From positions 16,154,912-16,218,911 of the forward strand of contig NC_092675.1 in the NCBI RefSeq assembly GCF_964355755.1: 64,000 bases of DNA, read 5' to 3'. The DNA is from Antedon mediterranea. Its lineage: Eukaryota > Animalia > Echinodermata. The notes under the pieces are model-generated. The model saw only the letters and a program-made list of their open reading frames with translations. It did no database searches and had not been told where the DNA came from. Each line of letters opens with the position of its first letter. Positions within the stretch are counted from its first letter, which is position 1. Position numbers and translations under genes: made by a program. Below are positions 46,125 through 59,377 of the stretch, in pieces.

Positions 46125-48322
46125 CTGAGGCTAATAATTACAGACCTATAAGCATTCTCTCCTCAGTTTCGAAAATTCTGGAGAAGGTGGTATATATACA
46201 AGTTTCCGATTACCTTGAAAGGAATCAACTTATCTACGATCATCAATCCGGTTTTCGTAGATCATTTTCTACCGACACATGTCTTATTCATCTTAGAGAT
46301 CACCTTAGAGTTCAAATGTCAAATGGTTTATTTACGGGTATGGTTTTACTCGATGTCCAAAAGGCCTTTGACTCGGTCAATCATGATATTTTGTGTAAAA
46401 AACTTAAGTATCTAGGATGCCGGTCTATCGGTTGGTTTCAAGCGTACCTGTCTGGGCGAAATCAGATTGTCGATATTAAAGGTACCAAATCGGACTCTAT
46501 TGAGATTGGATGTGGAGTCCCCCAGGGTAGCCTTTTGGGTCCTCTCTTGTTTCTTATTTACGTAAATGACCTACCATCTAGTATCGAAAGTGATTGTAAA
46601 GTTGTTTTGTACGCTGACGATTGTGCAATTTTTTACTCCCATAAAGATCCAATCTCAATCCAATCTAAACTCCAAAACAATCTCGTATCATGCAATAATT
46701 GGCTGATCGACAATCAACTTTCGCTTCATATGGGTAAGACCGAATGCATCCTGTTTGGTTCTAAACGTAGATTAAGCAAAGTGAACGAATTCTATATTGA
46801 TTGCTTTGGAACGACTATAAATGGATCAAAATCTATCAAATATCTAGGTATTGAGATTGACCAAAATGTATCAGGTGACGTCATTGCCCGCTCTGTTATA
46901 AACAAAGCAAACGGCAGACTGAAATTTCTGTACCGACAATCATCATTTCTTAATTCACATTGTCGCAAAATTCTTAGTTTTGCTTTAATCCAACCGATGT
47001 TCGATTATTCGGTTTGCTTATGGTCTTCTACGGTTAATAAAAATTTAAAATCAAAATTACAAACGACTCAAAACAAAATGGTTCGTTTTATAAAAAAGTT
47101 AGGTCCCCGATCTCATGTTGGTCAATCTCAGCTAAACGACGTTGGTATGTTAAAAGTCCAAGACCGTGTCGAATTTCTTAGAGTCTGTCATGTTTTTAAA
47201 ATATATAATCATTGTTGTCGACCTTATTTATGCAATCGCTTTATTAGAATTTCAGACAGTCATAATTACAATACTAGGGGATGCAATTTTAATTTTAGAA
47301 TCCCAACTATCAAGCCAATGGCACATGTGACCTTTTTTTACAATGCTATTAAAGAATGGAATAATTTACCAATTAACATTAAGGAATCACAAACTGTTTG
47401 TTGTTTTAAAAGTAAAGTTAAAAAGTATCTACAGGAACGTTCACTAGCTCTAGAAACTATTTAATAAGCGCTTCTTCTTTTTTCGATTGTCCTTTTTTGC
47501 TGTTTTTTGTAATTTTTATATGTTGCATTGTTTGTCTTTTTTGCTGTTCTTTCAAAGGACCTCATTGGAAACAAGTCCGTAGAGGACTTTTATGAGTTAT
47601 CCTTGGCATCCTTGTTTTATTTTGGTATTTTTATATTTGCCAATTTTAATTGTATGTCTGTGATATTTTATGTACTGATGCCGAAATAAATCAAATCAAA
47701 TCAAATTTCCACCCCACCCGCCACCAATAGGTGAAAAATTGTTCAACCAATCAAAACTTTTTCGGTTCGTGTGAATATATTCTATATCTTATACACTGTC
47801 TCTGTCTCTATAGGCCTAAACTGTTAGCGTAGTTTAGACCTATTGGAACGACCTGCATCGGACTCAATGTGCCGCGTGTGTACTTGGGCAAGTTTGAGAA
47901 AGTTAGACTAGGCTCCAGGCAGCAGTCACATTTTCTCATTTGACCCAATGTCAAGGGTCATATTTGTTGAGACGTAAAAAGGGCCGAAAGGTAAAAGCAC
48001 TGAATGATGAAAGCACCGAACGTAATGGTAAAAGGGTCAAATAGAAAAGCACCAACTGATTAAAGAACCGTATGAAATGATGAAAGAGCCGTGTGAAATG
48101 GTAAAAGAGCAGTATGAAATGGTAAAAGAGCCATATGAAATGGTAAAAGTGCCAAACGTAATGGTAAAAGTGCCGAACGTAATGGTGAAAGAGCCGTATA
48201 AAATGGTGAAAGTGCCAAATGGTAAAGGGCCGAATGGTAAAAGAGCCGAAGAAGGCAGTAACGGCGTTCCATATAACACTCGATCCTGTCTGTGGCTTGG
48301 TGGTTGGTGGTACGGAGTGGTG

Positions 48323-50452
48323 TATGAGGCGCCATACGCAGCAAAAGTGTCACGCAAAAATACAAGTGGAAATTTTAAAAGTACTGTGTAATTGACCAAA
48401 TGAACATTTTAAAATACTATGTCTGATTTCTTAAAACGTACTGTGTAATTTTTAAAATACAAATGAACATTTTAAAATACTATGTATGATTTCTTAAAAC
48501 GTACTGTTTATGTGTAATTTTTAAAATACAGGTCTGATTTTCGCCTCAAACGTACGGTCTAATTAAATGCAATGTTTAAAATGCGATGTCACGCTCAGTT
48601 AGACACCTCTAACTGAGCGTGACGGATCATTCCATTTTTTTTGGGGGAGGCAATAGGTAAATTAAACATACGTCGCAAACGCACATGTGGTAGTGGTGTA
48701 TAGTACGTGGATTGCGTCGATGAAAATTGCGTCGATGAAAACTGCATCGATGAAAACTGCATCGATGAAACTGCATCAATGAAAACTGCGATCTCCTGCC
48801 GGTATGATTTGAATATGATGTCTTGGATGCTGGACATTTTAAGTTTATGTAGGCCTACTGTACTGGTGGATTAACACGGAAGCAATTCCGCATCTCATCC
48901 ACTACACTCGCGCATTTGGTAATAATCCACGTACCATACACCACTACCACATGTGCGTTTGTGACGTATGTTTAATTTACCTATTGCCTCCCCACCAAAA
49001 AATGGAATGACCCGTCACGCTCAGTTAGAGATGTCTAACTGAGCGTGACGAATTGCTTCCATTTTAAACATTGCATTTAGACCGTACGTTTGAGGCGAAA
49101 ATCAGACCTGTATTTAAAAAATTACACAGTACGTTTTAAGAAATCAGACATAGTATTTTAAAATATTCATTTGTATTTTAAAAATTACACAGTACGTTTA
49201 AGAAATCAGACATAGTATTTTAAAATGTTCATTTGTATTGTCCCCAAAAACATGAAAAATGAAAATTAATTAAATCAGACTTTGAATATGTTATATTGTA
49301 GTTTTAATAAAGTTAATCACTTCCAATGAAAAAAAACGAAAAAAAAAACTTTTTCACTTATAAAATGACAAAATAAATGGTTAAATTCAACCAAAAATTC
49401 ATTGGCTGGCAGCCAATTTGACCATGTTTTGCTTTAAATCATATCTTTTCAGGTAAATACATTTTTTTTTCGATCCAATTTTTGGTCAAAGTGGATAACT
49501 ATTGTGTTACATTAATCTGGAATATTTAAAAAAAAAATTTGTAAGAATTATTTTTTCAGGGGGACAATACATCTTTAACAATTAGTATTTTTGCGTGACA
49601 CTTTTGCCAAAGAATATATATCACAAGAATGAGTATTCCGCGATTTTTGCATGAGAAATTTGTAACAGAGAGCTCCAGTGAGTGATGCCCGCCCTCATAA
49701 GGGCGGATGTATACATACTAAATAAGACTTGATTTAATAGATATTATACATGTCACATTAAATAGAATTATGATAATAGTTTTTGCAATTGTAAACTATT
49801 TTATAATACATATTTATTAACAAACTAGTGTACATTCACTTTTACAGACAATTATTTACTAACATGCTAAGTTAGTTCACAAAAAAGGCCTAACACAGCA
49901 ACACCAAAAATCAACAAATCGTTACTCAGCACGGCCTATTCTTTACCATTGCCGTGTACTACTCTACGCCCGGTAAATTAAGTATTGTTTTTATGATATA
50001 AATTAGTATAAAATACATGTTATTAATAGGAAAAAATGTTAAATGTCATTAACATTTATTTGTTTTACCAGAAACAGGTTAAATATAGGAATATTATTAA
50101 ACTATCCTACGTGAACACGCCCGGTCACGCTATCGTAGCGCCCGGTTGATAAAGCAAACTGTTTATACGGCAGTTTTTACTAAATAAATTGCATAAAACG
50201 AACAATTAAATATCCAAAAAGTATTTAACATGATGTTGGCATGTAGTTGATAACATTTTTTATCATGAAAATACTACCGGTGGTCCAGCCTTTGATTAGT
50301 GAAACCGTCACAAAAAGTTGTATACATCCCAGATACATCCACACTTATGGCGGCGCCTACCACATGGACAATATTACTGTTACAGGGAAAATCGCGGATT
50401 ACTCATTCTTGTGATATATATTCTTTGCTTTTGCTGCGTATGGCGCCTCATA
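48323..50452. mobile_element. TIR element (about 41-bp TIR) with internal foldback 48398-49238; right TIR split by another element
   Basis: TATGAGGCGCCATACGCAGCAAAAGTGTCACGCAAAAATAC on the left; its complement occurs in two pieces, 49585-49607 and 50428-50452. Inverted arms 48398-48713 / 48925-49238. Confidence 0.75.
49608..50427. mobile_element. Non-autonomous TIR element with 7-bp TSD (P-element-like)
   Basis: 40-bp TIR CAAAGAATATATATCACAAGAATGAG..CCGCGATTTT; TSD CTTTTGC at 49601-49607 and 50428-50434. Confidence 0.7.
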
Positions 50453-50874
50453 GCGGTGAACACACGAAAATTAAACCTAAAAAAAAACTTGCAGCTACTA
50501 CTGTAATCATCATCAAAAGGCATAATTTGCAACTTGGTACATTATTAGATAATATAGTAATACATTATGATTGTTTAATTTTAATTTGTATAATAACTAG
50601 GCCTAGTCCTAGCCTAGGAAGCATATAAATACTAGAGTAGTTAGGCTAGGCAAGCTAGGCTCCTACCTAGCCTAGTAGCCTAGTAGGCCTAGGCCTAGTA
50701 GTATAGTAGTAGTAGTAGTAGTACGGTGAAACTGCAGTAGCGCCCGGTGAACCTGTACTAGAGTAGTAGTAAGCCTATTTAGAATAGTACAGTAGGCCTA
50801 GTAGAGACCAACATCATGTGTGTAGTCCTTCCTCTTTGATGACATGGCCAGACCTACGTAATCCCTGTAATGTA

Positions 50875-52662
50875 TGGGATGGGATGCTAGCCAAGTCGGG
50901 CCAAAACAAATTCACCCCCGACACAGTCTCCCCAAAACAAAGTCGTCTCAACACAAAGTTTCCCCCATCGCAAAGTCAGCCCTAAATTAAACGTTTAAAT
51001 AGTTTACAAGTGCGTAAAATTACTTGAAGCTTGCGGTCGCACTTACTAAACGCGCTAGCTCCCACCAGGGAGAAACCCCCGTAATTACTCCGCCAGGAAA
51101 AACCCCTCCCGGAGTCACTCACTTGTAAAACAATTTATTAATAAACATTCAGTTTACTAACTATTCTATTGTGTTATGGTAGTATAGTATTACAATGAAC
51201 ATTGATTAATAACCCAGAAAAGCCATCCCAGCAGCATTATCCATTAAAAAATTGCATCATACTGTATATCATTCCAAATATGTTTTAAAAACTAAGACAT
51301 AATTAAGTATGTCAATTAATTTAATCGGACCTGCGCCTTCTGGCAGCTGTTTCCTCACAACAACTGGCTACTGTACGTGTTTCTGCTAACTTTAAAAAAA
51401 ACATGCACTAGACAAAACGATATGTACAATCGTTTATAATGGTCAAATTGTGGCGTCTTCTTATTTACTAAAATAAAATATCATTTTTTATTTGAGTATT
51501 TTTTACTAACTTCTTCATTTTGAAAATCGTTAATAGTCATAACCATAATAATATTAAATAGTATAACTCATTGTTTTACATAACGCTGTTTGTTTTAACT
51601 AATCTATATGGTAGGCCTAAGATCATAGTATCATTTATACATTTATTATTATATTATCCTAATAAACTACTAAATGAGCTGGTATTCACTTTTAGGCATC
51701 ATAGAAAGATTTGCAATTGTGGTTTACAAAAATACGTAATAGGAAGGCTCTTGTGGTAACTAATTTTTAATCACTGGTAATCTTTTAGAAACTTGCAAAA
51801 CAAGACTCATTTTTTTAAATGATTTTCAAAAAGCACATTACTTCATTGGAACGTGTAAAATTAAAATGAAAACACTAATTATGTATATGTAGCAGACCTA
51901 CCACATAGCTTTTATTAAACAATTCAACAATTACTTTTAATTTTATTATTTATACATCCTCTATATCTCTTTATTTAACCTCACATTGACAGGTTACCTT
52001 CCTGTTACCTTCACTTTTCTAGCTAATGGATTTTAAGAATGTTAATGACTCTAACAGAAAACCACATTAATTCTCTTAATCCTAATTGGTCAGATGAGAT
52101 GGGCCAAGCCCAATATTACCATGCACTGACCACATTATTAACACACTCTTTTCTCAACTAGTCATGTAGCTACACCGTTTTATTGCTCTGTCTTATCAAA
52201 CATTGTATATTGTATATTTTATCTGTTTATTGAGAATCCTCACTTGATTCACTTGGAATAAATGGCATACTTACTTTATACATTTAGTAGTTGTTTTATT
52301 TTACCGTTGCGCCGACAAATACTAAATATATAAGGATAAACATAAATAATATTCATAATGTATACAACATTTAGTAGAGCAACCAAAATAAGATATCAAA
52401 TGCAACCGATATGATTAAAACAGCTCCATAAAGGTTATACCAAACCAAAATAAAACCGATCATAGGTAGCCTAGCTAAGCATACTATTACTACTACTACT
52501 AGTTTGGTAAGATATTTTCCATTAGCAAAAAAAATAAATAAAAAACGATATTTGAATTTAAAACTATTTAACGCAAGGGGAGAGTTTTCGATGGGGCAAC
52601 TTTGTGTTGGGGCGACTTTGCGATGAGGCGACTCTGCGATGGGACAACATGACTGGATCCCA
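50875..52662. mobile_element. Diverged TIR element with 17-bp subterminal repeats, upstream of the IPP CDS
   Basis: CAAAGTCG/TCCCC-type repeats at 50890-50985 mirrored by GGGGCGACTTTG repeats at 52575-52660. Confidence 0.55.
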
Positions 52663-52860
52663 CTGTATGAATAGCTATCTAAAGAGGAAATAAGATGCAA
52701 CATACAAATTCAAGCTAGTAGAATACTGCCTGTAGTCACATATTTGAAAGAAGGGTTTTCTGTATCAGTCATACGTTTCTTTATATAAATACAAAATTTG
52801 AAAAATACAGAAAATATTGAATATTTTTTATTGATTTCTCTTTTTTTAGATTTGATTCAG

Positions 52861-55816
52861 ATGAATAGCACGGACAAATCACCAGTGAAACCAAACCAAT
52901 GTCTAAGTTACAGAGCTGCAGGTCATGCACAGAGTCTTTTACAACAACTATGCATGTTGCATTCCGAAAAAACTTTCTGTGATGCTACTATCATAGTTGG
53001 TAGCCAGATTTTCACAGCTCATTGCGTCGTCTTGTCGGCATGTAGCCAATATTTTAAAGTGATGTTTTGTGGTGGATTGTTAGAGTCACTTTCAAAACAA
53101 GTAGAGCTTCATGGCGTTGAAGCTGCTGTGTTTGACAAATTACTAGAATTTATTTATACCGGTAATTTAGTTTGGTATTTTGCATAGTAAAAAGTATATT
53201 TGTAGTAAATTAATCAAATAGAAACAACATGATGATGGTATTATGTTTTAATAGAACCCCAAGGGTACACCTTTGGGACCTAAAATAATGTCCTCTAAAG
53301 AGTGGTATTCCCTGGATTAGGGTTGGCCCTGAATAGTGGTGTCTTCTGAATAGGGGTTGGCTGTGTGTTACAAAATACAAAACAAATTGCCGGTCATTTC
53401 ACAGAAAAGTTTCTACTGTATACTGTGTATCAATACACTTTATCGTCGTTAGACATACTCATGGGCCAATTTGTCTTTAAGTGGGCCAATGTAATTTAGT
53501 GCTGTTTTGAAGACTGTATAAAGCCACTACAGTCTAATTCATGAAAGCATATAGAAATTTGATATGAAAGTGAGCAGACAATATAAATCAATTTTAAGTA
53601 AACAGGTTTTTTGTTTTTGCAGGAGAAATTGATATTACATCTGAGAATGTTCAGGATTTATTATCAGCTGCAGATATGTTACAAATTCCAGAGATAATCC
53701 AAGCATGCTGTAACTTTCTTCGATCTCATCTACATCCTGCAAACTGTCTTGGTATCTACAAATTTGCATCCGCACGTTCATGCATTGAGCTGTGTGCAGC
53801 TTGCGATGTTTACACACATATGCACTTCTTACAAGTCATCCAACATGACGAATTCATTGAACTTGAGTGTACTGAACTCTTGGCACTTCTAAGCAGTGAG
53901 AAATTACGAATTGAAAATGAACTACAAGTCTTTAAAGCAGGTTTAAAATGGATTTTACATGATGCAACACAGAGAAAGAAATGTTTAGTTCAAATCTTAG
54001 ATCGTGTGCGATTCCCTATTATTTCATGTGAAGAATTATTTGATTACATTGAAACACATTGTACCAATCTTAATATCAAAGTTGCACTAGGTGCTTTATT
54101 AGCCGAATATAATCCTAAACGAAGGTTTAGGAAATCATCAAACCGACCGCCTACTTATAAAATGAAACCAAGATTAAGTGCACGTAAATACCTGTACGTG
54201 ATTGGTGGTTATAACCGTGAACCAGGTGGCTGTTGGAGTAACAACCAAACATTAGAAAGTGTTGATCGACTAGATTCATTTAATCGTGTTTGGAATTCTA
54301 AACCGAAACTAAATCATCCAAGAAGTTCTCACACTGTAGAAACACTCGACGGTGTAATATACGCAATCGGTGGCGAGGATGATTTGCTGTTGTATGACAG
54401 CGTCGAAGCGTTTGACCCACTTGAAGAGAAGTGGGTTATGAAATCGCCAATGACAGTGCCACGAAGCGGACATTGCTCGTGTGTCTTTGAAGGTGCAATA
54501 TATGTTTTTGGAGGGTGCATTGGAACTGAAATTGGCCAAACTATTGAGTACTACTGTCCGAAAAGACAAAAGTGGAGAGAATCTGGCAAAATGCTGTCTC
54601 CCCGTACCTCCTTTGGACTAATTGAAAGTGAAGGTAGTGTTATTTATCAGAAAAAAACATTTATACTATAGCTTGACAAATTAGTTTATTTACTTAATTA
54701 CAAAATTCATGTTGAGCAGCTGGCAAAGTGGGGGATTGGAGGATGAAGAAAAACAACTGATAATGGAAATCCATAGCTGTTCTTAAAATAAAGAAATCAA
54801 CAATTGCGCCTAAATCTGTTGAATAAGTTGCTATAAAGAATACGGTAATGAATAAAATAAAAAAAACCTCCTATTAAGGCACATTATTTATATTAATATA
54901 TTATTATTAATATACATGTACATATGTGGAAACTTTGTTGGGTCCCAAGTCAGTTCTTCTATATGAAGACACTTTTGGAAAAGCACTGAAATAATACAAA
55001 TATTAGACTTTATAATAATAATCATATTACTTTTTCACTTCAGGCCTCATCTATCTGTTTGGTGGAATGACTGCTGTAGGAGCAGAACTTAGAACGGCAG
55101 AGAGTTATAATCCTATCACCAAGGAAACGGCATCATTAGCAGATATGAGAAGCCGTCGGATAGGCTGTAGCGCTGTGGTGATTGATGACAATATATTTGT
55201 GGTTGGAGGATCCAATGCAAGGAAAGGTGCACTCAATACAGTTGAACAATATTCAATAATAAATGTAATTTATGTTTTGTTATTTTTTTTTTTTTAAATT
55301 TAAACCTGGAGCTACCCTTTAAGGTATATTATAGGGCTAAGTGCGTCCCACAGCTTAGCTAACAAATTTATTGATCTTATGTATTCTAGTAGAACAGTAT
55401 CATCTGATTGTGCAACTTTAGCACAGTGGGACTGAGAGTAAACTGAATGCAGCAAAAAATGTATTGGCTTGTGTTGATTTTTGTGTTCTGAAAACATTGA
55501 CAACTATCTGGCTGAAATGGTGCATGTCTTTTCCTGATGTAATGAAATACAATTTGACAGTTATAACTTCCAATTGTTCTTTACATAGGAAAAATGGACA
55601 ACACTACCATGTATGTCTACTGCACGTACTGGCGCCAGAACAGCAACTGTCAATGGCCTTCTGTATGTTGTTGGTGGTCGCACAGTAAATAGAGGATTTG
55701 GATCAGCAGTAACATTTCTGGATACGGTAGAATGTTATGACCCTCGAACTCAGTGTTGGACAAACCTTGATAAGATGTCTGTAGCTCGATGTGAAGCTGC
55801 TATTGCAGTCTTATAA
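52861..55816 (+). CDS. IPP: Actin-binding BTB-BACK-Kelch protein IPP (KLHL27), 4 coding exons
   Basis: Exons 52861-53161, 53623-54633, 55044-55264, 55589-55816. IPP-specific segments ARKYLYVIGGY..GG.WS, GTEIGQTIE, GAELRT, and C-terminus RCEAAIAVL. Confidence 0.9.
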
Positions 55817-56357
55817 TTATTTTCTTACAGATAAACTTTTTTTCTGATCATAAATGCTGGACCATCTTTTATTATAGGTGCATAAGTACTAGCAACCCAA
55901 AACCAATTATACTAGAATTTCTCCAATGTGACATGCCAAGCTCCACATATATTAGTTCGTATCAAAACAATTAAATACAAAATCCCTTGCTAACCTTATG
56001 TACATAGACCAGTCGTATTTGAGGTAATAGGTACAGTATGTCACTTATTGCAGAATTTACTTCACCTATTTTTTCTGGGGTAATTTTGGCTGTAGAATAT
56101 GAGTAACAGACAACAGACCATTTCATTAATAGGGATACTGTAATAAATTAATTTTTAGGTGTGGTGCTTGGAATTTGACAATTAAATTATCAAACAGTAA
56201 AAAGTATTTTAGCATTATATATTAATTTAAAAAGCTACTTATTATTTATGCACAATAATAGTTATGATAAAACATTACAATTGTGCATTCATTGTTGGGA
56301 AAAGCTGGTTTTATGTTATTTATGTTGTGATCATACAGAATCCCAACATTTTAATCT

Positions 56358-56485
56358 TAAAGCTCTGTATAAACTATCAAACTTTATGGACATGATGAAT
56401 ACTACCATATTTAAGCATATCACTACCATATTTAGGTACATCACACTTTTTTGTCACATAAAGTTTGATAGTGTAGACAGCTTTA
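56358..56485. mobile_element. Palindromic MITE, family A copy 4
   Basis: TAAAGCTCTGTATAAACTATCAAAC...GTTTGATAGTGTAGACAGCTTTA. Confidence 0.75.
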
Positions 56486-57499
56486 CTGTATGGCAATACC
56501 TATTCACATGCAGATGTTTAAAAAAAAGGTGTAGTAGCCACCACTTAAAATAGTATATTTAATGAAAACTATCGATATGTTTATGTGCAATAAAGATATT
56601 TTATATATGATCATTAAATTGTATTTATTCATTTGATGAATACCATTCAGTTATTGTTCTCTGCACTTACAGAAGGTATTTCTTGGCAAAATTCCAATAC
56701 TGGTGAATTGAAGATTAGACAGGTGAATTTTTCGGATGGCAAAACATTTTTATTAACACCTTTCATGAACAAAAATAAGTCAAACGACAGTTGAATTATA
56801 TTGCTGCGTTTTATTTTTTTAATCTTAAGGTAAAAAACAAGTACACTTTCCCAACACAGAAAACCACAATCAATATGATTAACCAAAAAACAGTTATTTA
56901 AAACTTGAAGAGAATTTGAGAGAATATCAATAACAGCACACTATCAAAAACACTAAAAAATGTACAGTATCAGCCAATTTGGACCAAATTATTAGTTGTC
57001 ATGCAACTAATGCATATTATATTATATATTGTTAGTTCATTACTTACAGTATTTTGTTAAATTAATATTTTTACTGCAAAATATGAATTTATTTTTCTAA
57101 TAAGATGCATCAACGCCAATTTACAGACAAGCGATAAAGATAAGCGGAAAACTGTGTAGCCTGTTCGGAGGGGAAACCACCCATCTGCTTAGCGTTGTGT
57201 GTAAATGGTCATAAATATAGATTCTATATTTTTACCGCTCATCTGTGTAAATTGGCCTTATTACAGTACTTGTTTATAACAATGTTAAATGTTTTACAAA
57301 AAAACTTCACTGTTTAGACATTTCTTTAAAAAAAAAAATTAAGACTCCAACCAATTAAAGATTACATCTGTTTTGCCTTGATTTAACAATGAAATGTTAA
57401 ATGGGAGTGAAACAAAGTTTTATTTAGTATGCAAGTTTATTTGACAGTTTCAGTTTGTAAATATAGAGAGATAGTCATATTTAAAAGCAATGCATTTGT

Positions 57500-58405
57500 T
57501 TACAATACAGTATACTGTATTTCAGCATTTTCTGGTACTGGTAGACATTTCTCAACAAAATTGTGGCACAACTCGATATACTGTTGAGGATGAAGTTTCA
57601 TGTGAGTGCAATGTCCAGAATCTGTCCAGCACTGCTCTTCTACCATTATCCCAAGTTTTCGTCTTTCAGCAATAACATCACCGATTGTAATATAATTACA
57701 AATGATATCGGCTTTGGAGTAGAGGTAAAGTTGAGGGTATCGACCACGATCTTTTTTCAAAGCAGAAATAAACGAGAATCCATAGCGAAATACTGCCCAT
57801 GCTGGTGGGTAGAAGAAAGATGCGATTATTCCCATTATAATAACAAAAGCATTGAAAATTCTTTTAAAGTTAAAAATTCCTCCTTTTGTATTTTCTGGGT
57901 TGGAGTAGAATCGCGACATAAATAGAACTTTCAAAGTTATAGGACTTGGGCAACTATCGTAAATGCAACCTTTTACTTGGAGCAAAGTGAGCTCTCCACT
58001 TTTATGATCATGCAGAATTTCAGTAATATGTCGATAGAGAAATCCTCCTCCATTACTGAATACGTGAAAAAATATGTTGCATTCCTCCAAACCAAATTCA
58101 AATAATAGTTCAAGAATTTTTTTAGCAGTTTCACGCAATTTTTCTCCCTGGAAAAATACTTGTTTGATGGGTGCTGTATAACGAATCGTACCATAACCTT
58201 TCTGCTGATAAATCGCACTATACTTTGCGAGATGTTTATCTAAGCAGCCAACCCAACCCAGAAGAATGACAACTGTCTCTCTGTTGCTGGTGGGGCTCTC
58301 TTCTTCTTGGCCATCACCACCAAAACCATCTTCTGGACCACATGATGGTACAGTCGGAGGAAAAACAATATGATACTCAAAATCTTCCGAATTATTTTCC
58401 TCCAT
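57500..58405 (-). CDS. TMEM53: Transmembrane protein 53 (DUF829 alpha/beta-hydrolase fold), single coding exon
   Basis: VVILLGWVGC.DKHLAKYSAIY, IRYTAP, FHVFSNGG, YDSCP, QLYLYSKAD, H..H..LHPQQY. Confidence 0.93.
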   Translation of the reverse strand: MEENNSEDFEYHIVFPPTVPSCGPEDGFGGDGQEEESPTSNRETVVILLGWVGCLDKHLAKYSAIYQQKGYGTIRYTAPIKQVFFQGEKLRETAKKILELLFEFGLEECNIFFHVFSNGGGFLYRHITEILHDHKSGELTLLQVKGCIYDSCPSPITLKVLFMSRFYSNPENTKGGIFNFKRIFNAFVIIMGIIASFFYPPAWAVFRYGFSFISALKKDRGRYPQLYLYSKADIICNYITIGDVIAERRKLGIMVEEQCWTDSGHCTHMKLHPQQYIELCHNFVEKCLPVPENAEIQYTVL

Positions 58406-59090
58406 GATGATAACCAGTTAACCTACAGAGCAGGCAAGGGAGGTACGCCCTATGTTTATAGAGTTTTCAATAAACTACACAACAAAAAAGCTAAGCCTGT
58501 CAAGGTCAATTTGCCGAAGAAAAGAAGCCGGGCGGACGTGACAAGCAGGAGGGTCAAACAACACCACCTTTTTGATGATCAATGAACCGTGATGATGAGG
58601 AGAGAGATTCTTTTTAGTAAACAATTCTGGTCTGCGCATGGTCACTGACCTCTGACCGATGGTGGCAACCGTCAACAAAAAACAACACGCCGATCGAGCT
58701 CTTCTTTCTCTCTCTAAAAACGGAAAGTAGTTTTTTAAAATGTGATAATTAAGCCTAGACAACTAAGAAAAAGATTTTGAATTGTATGTAGGCCTACAAC
58801 ATCCAACTGACATAGGTAAGGCATGTAGTATAGTTATATAGGCCTAGGCCTAGGCCCAAAAAAGAGCTATTTACTACCTACCTACTAGGTAGGCATAGAT
58901 AGCCTACTAGAGTAGGCCTACTAGGCTAGTACTAGCCTTGAGAGGGATCTAGAGAGGCCTAGCTAACTATAGCCTAGGCCTAGCTAGGCTAGTAGTAGTA
59001 GGCGCGGCCCAGAGGGCCTTATTAGCTAGACAAGTGACTATAGGCCTAGTGTAGTAGTAAGCCTAGGCTAGTAGTAGTATTACATAGCCT

Positions 59091-59377
59091 TTTATTATTT
59101 ATTTCTTTATTCTGACATATCATATCGATATTTTTAATGATAGACTTGGTTATTTTAAGAGGACGATTATGTGTTCACTTCTTGAACATCCTGCATAACC
59201 TGTTTTAATTGAAATTGTTTATGGCATGCCAATCTATGTTTTATTATATTTTATCTGTATTTTATTGTTAACCGTTTTTGATGTTGTATTGTTTTATGTT
59301 TCAAACCTGTTAGTGGCGGTATTTATCGCTGTTGGTTTTGATTGAATAAAATAAAAAAAATAAAATTAAAATAAAAC
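59091..59377 (+). mobile_element. Retroposed LINE-like 3' UTR fragment with 8-bp TSD
   Basis: T-rich UTR, terminal stem-loop shared with the 5S-SINE, AATAAA and A-rich tail; CATAGCCT at 59083-59090 and 59378-59385. Confidence 0.65.

Larger units (their letters stand above)
44192..47706 (+). mobile_element. 5'-truncated L2/Crack-like LINE, split by a 1.6-kb insertion
   Basis: KSVGLDQI...AKVTPLHKKNSRTE | ANNYRPISIL...QSGFR...DVQKAFD...GVPQGS...YADD; the ORF rejoins in frame after removing 44492-46129; 3' tail AAATAAA(TCAAA)n. Confidence 0.9.
43811..48273. mobile_element. Long-TIR non-autonomous DNA element with tandem subterminal repeats, interrupted by a LINE
   Basis: TATGGAACGCCATTACTGCCTTC / GAAGGCAGTAACGGCGTTCCATA; about 370-400-bp inverted arms (43811-44180, 47865-48273) with 21-bp subrepeats; TSD TA or AT. 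Confidence 0.8.

Noticed and set aside
48037-48399. Repetitive ORFs (MVKEPYE..., GSFTIS...) here and at 43734-44115
   Set aside because: Translations of 21-bp subterminal repeats of a TIR element.
58780-59090. TAGGCCTA/CTAG-rich tracts (also 27240-27320, 50590-50800) as a specific regulatory array
   Set aside because: Low-complexity motif scattered through the whole window with no regular spacing; more likely a genome-wide compositional trait.
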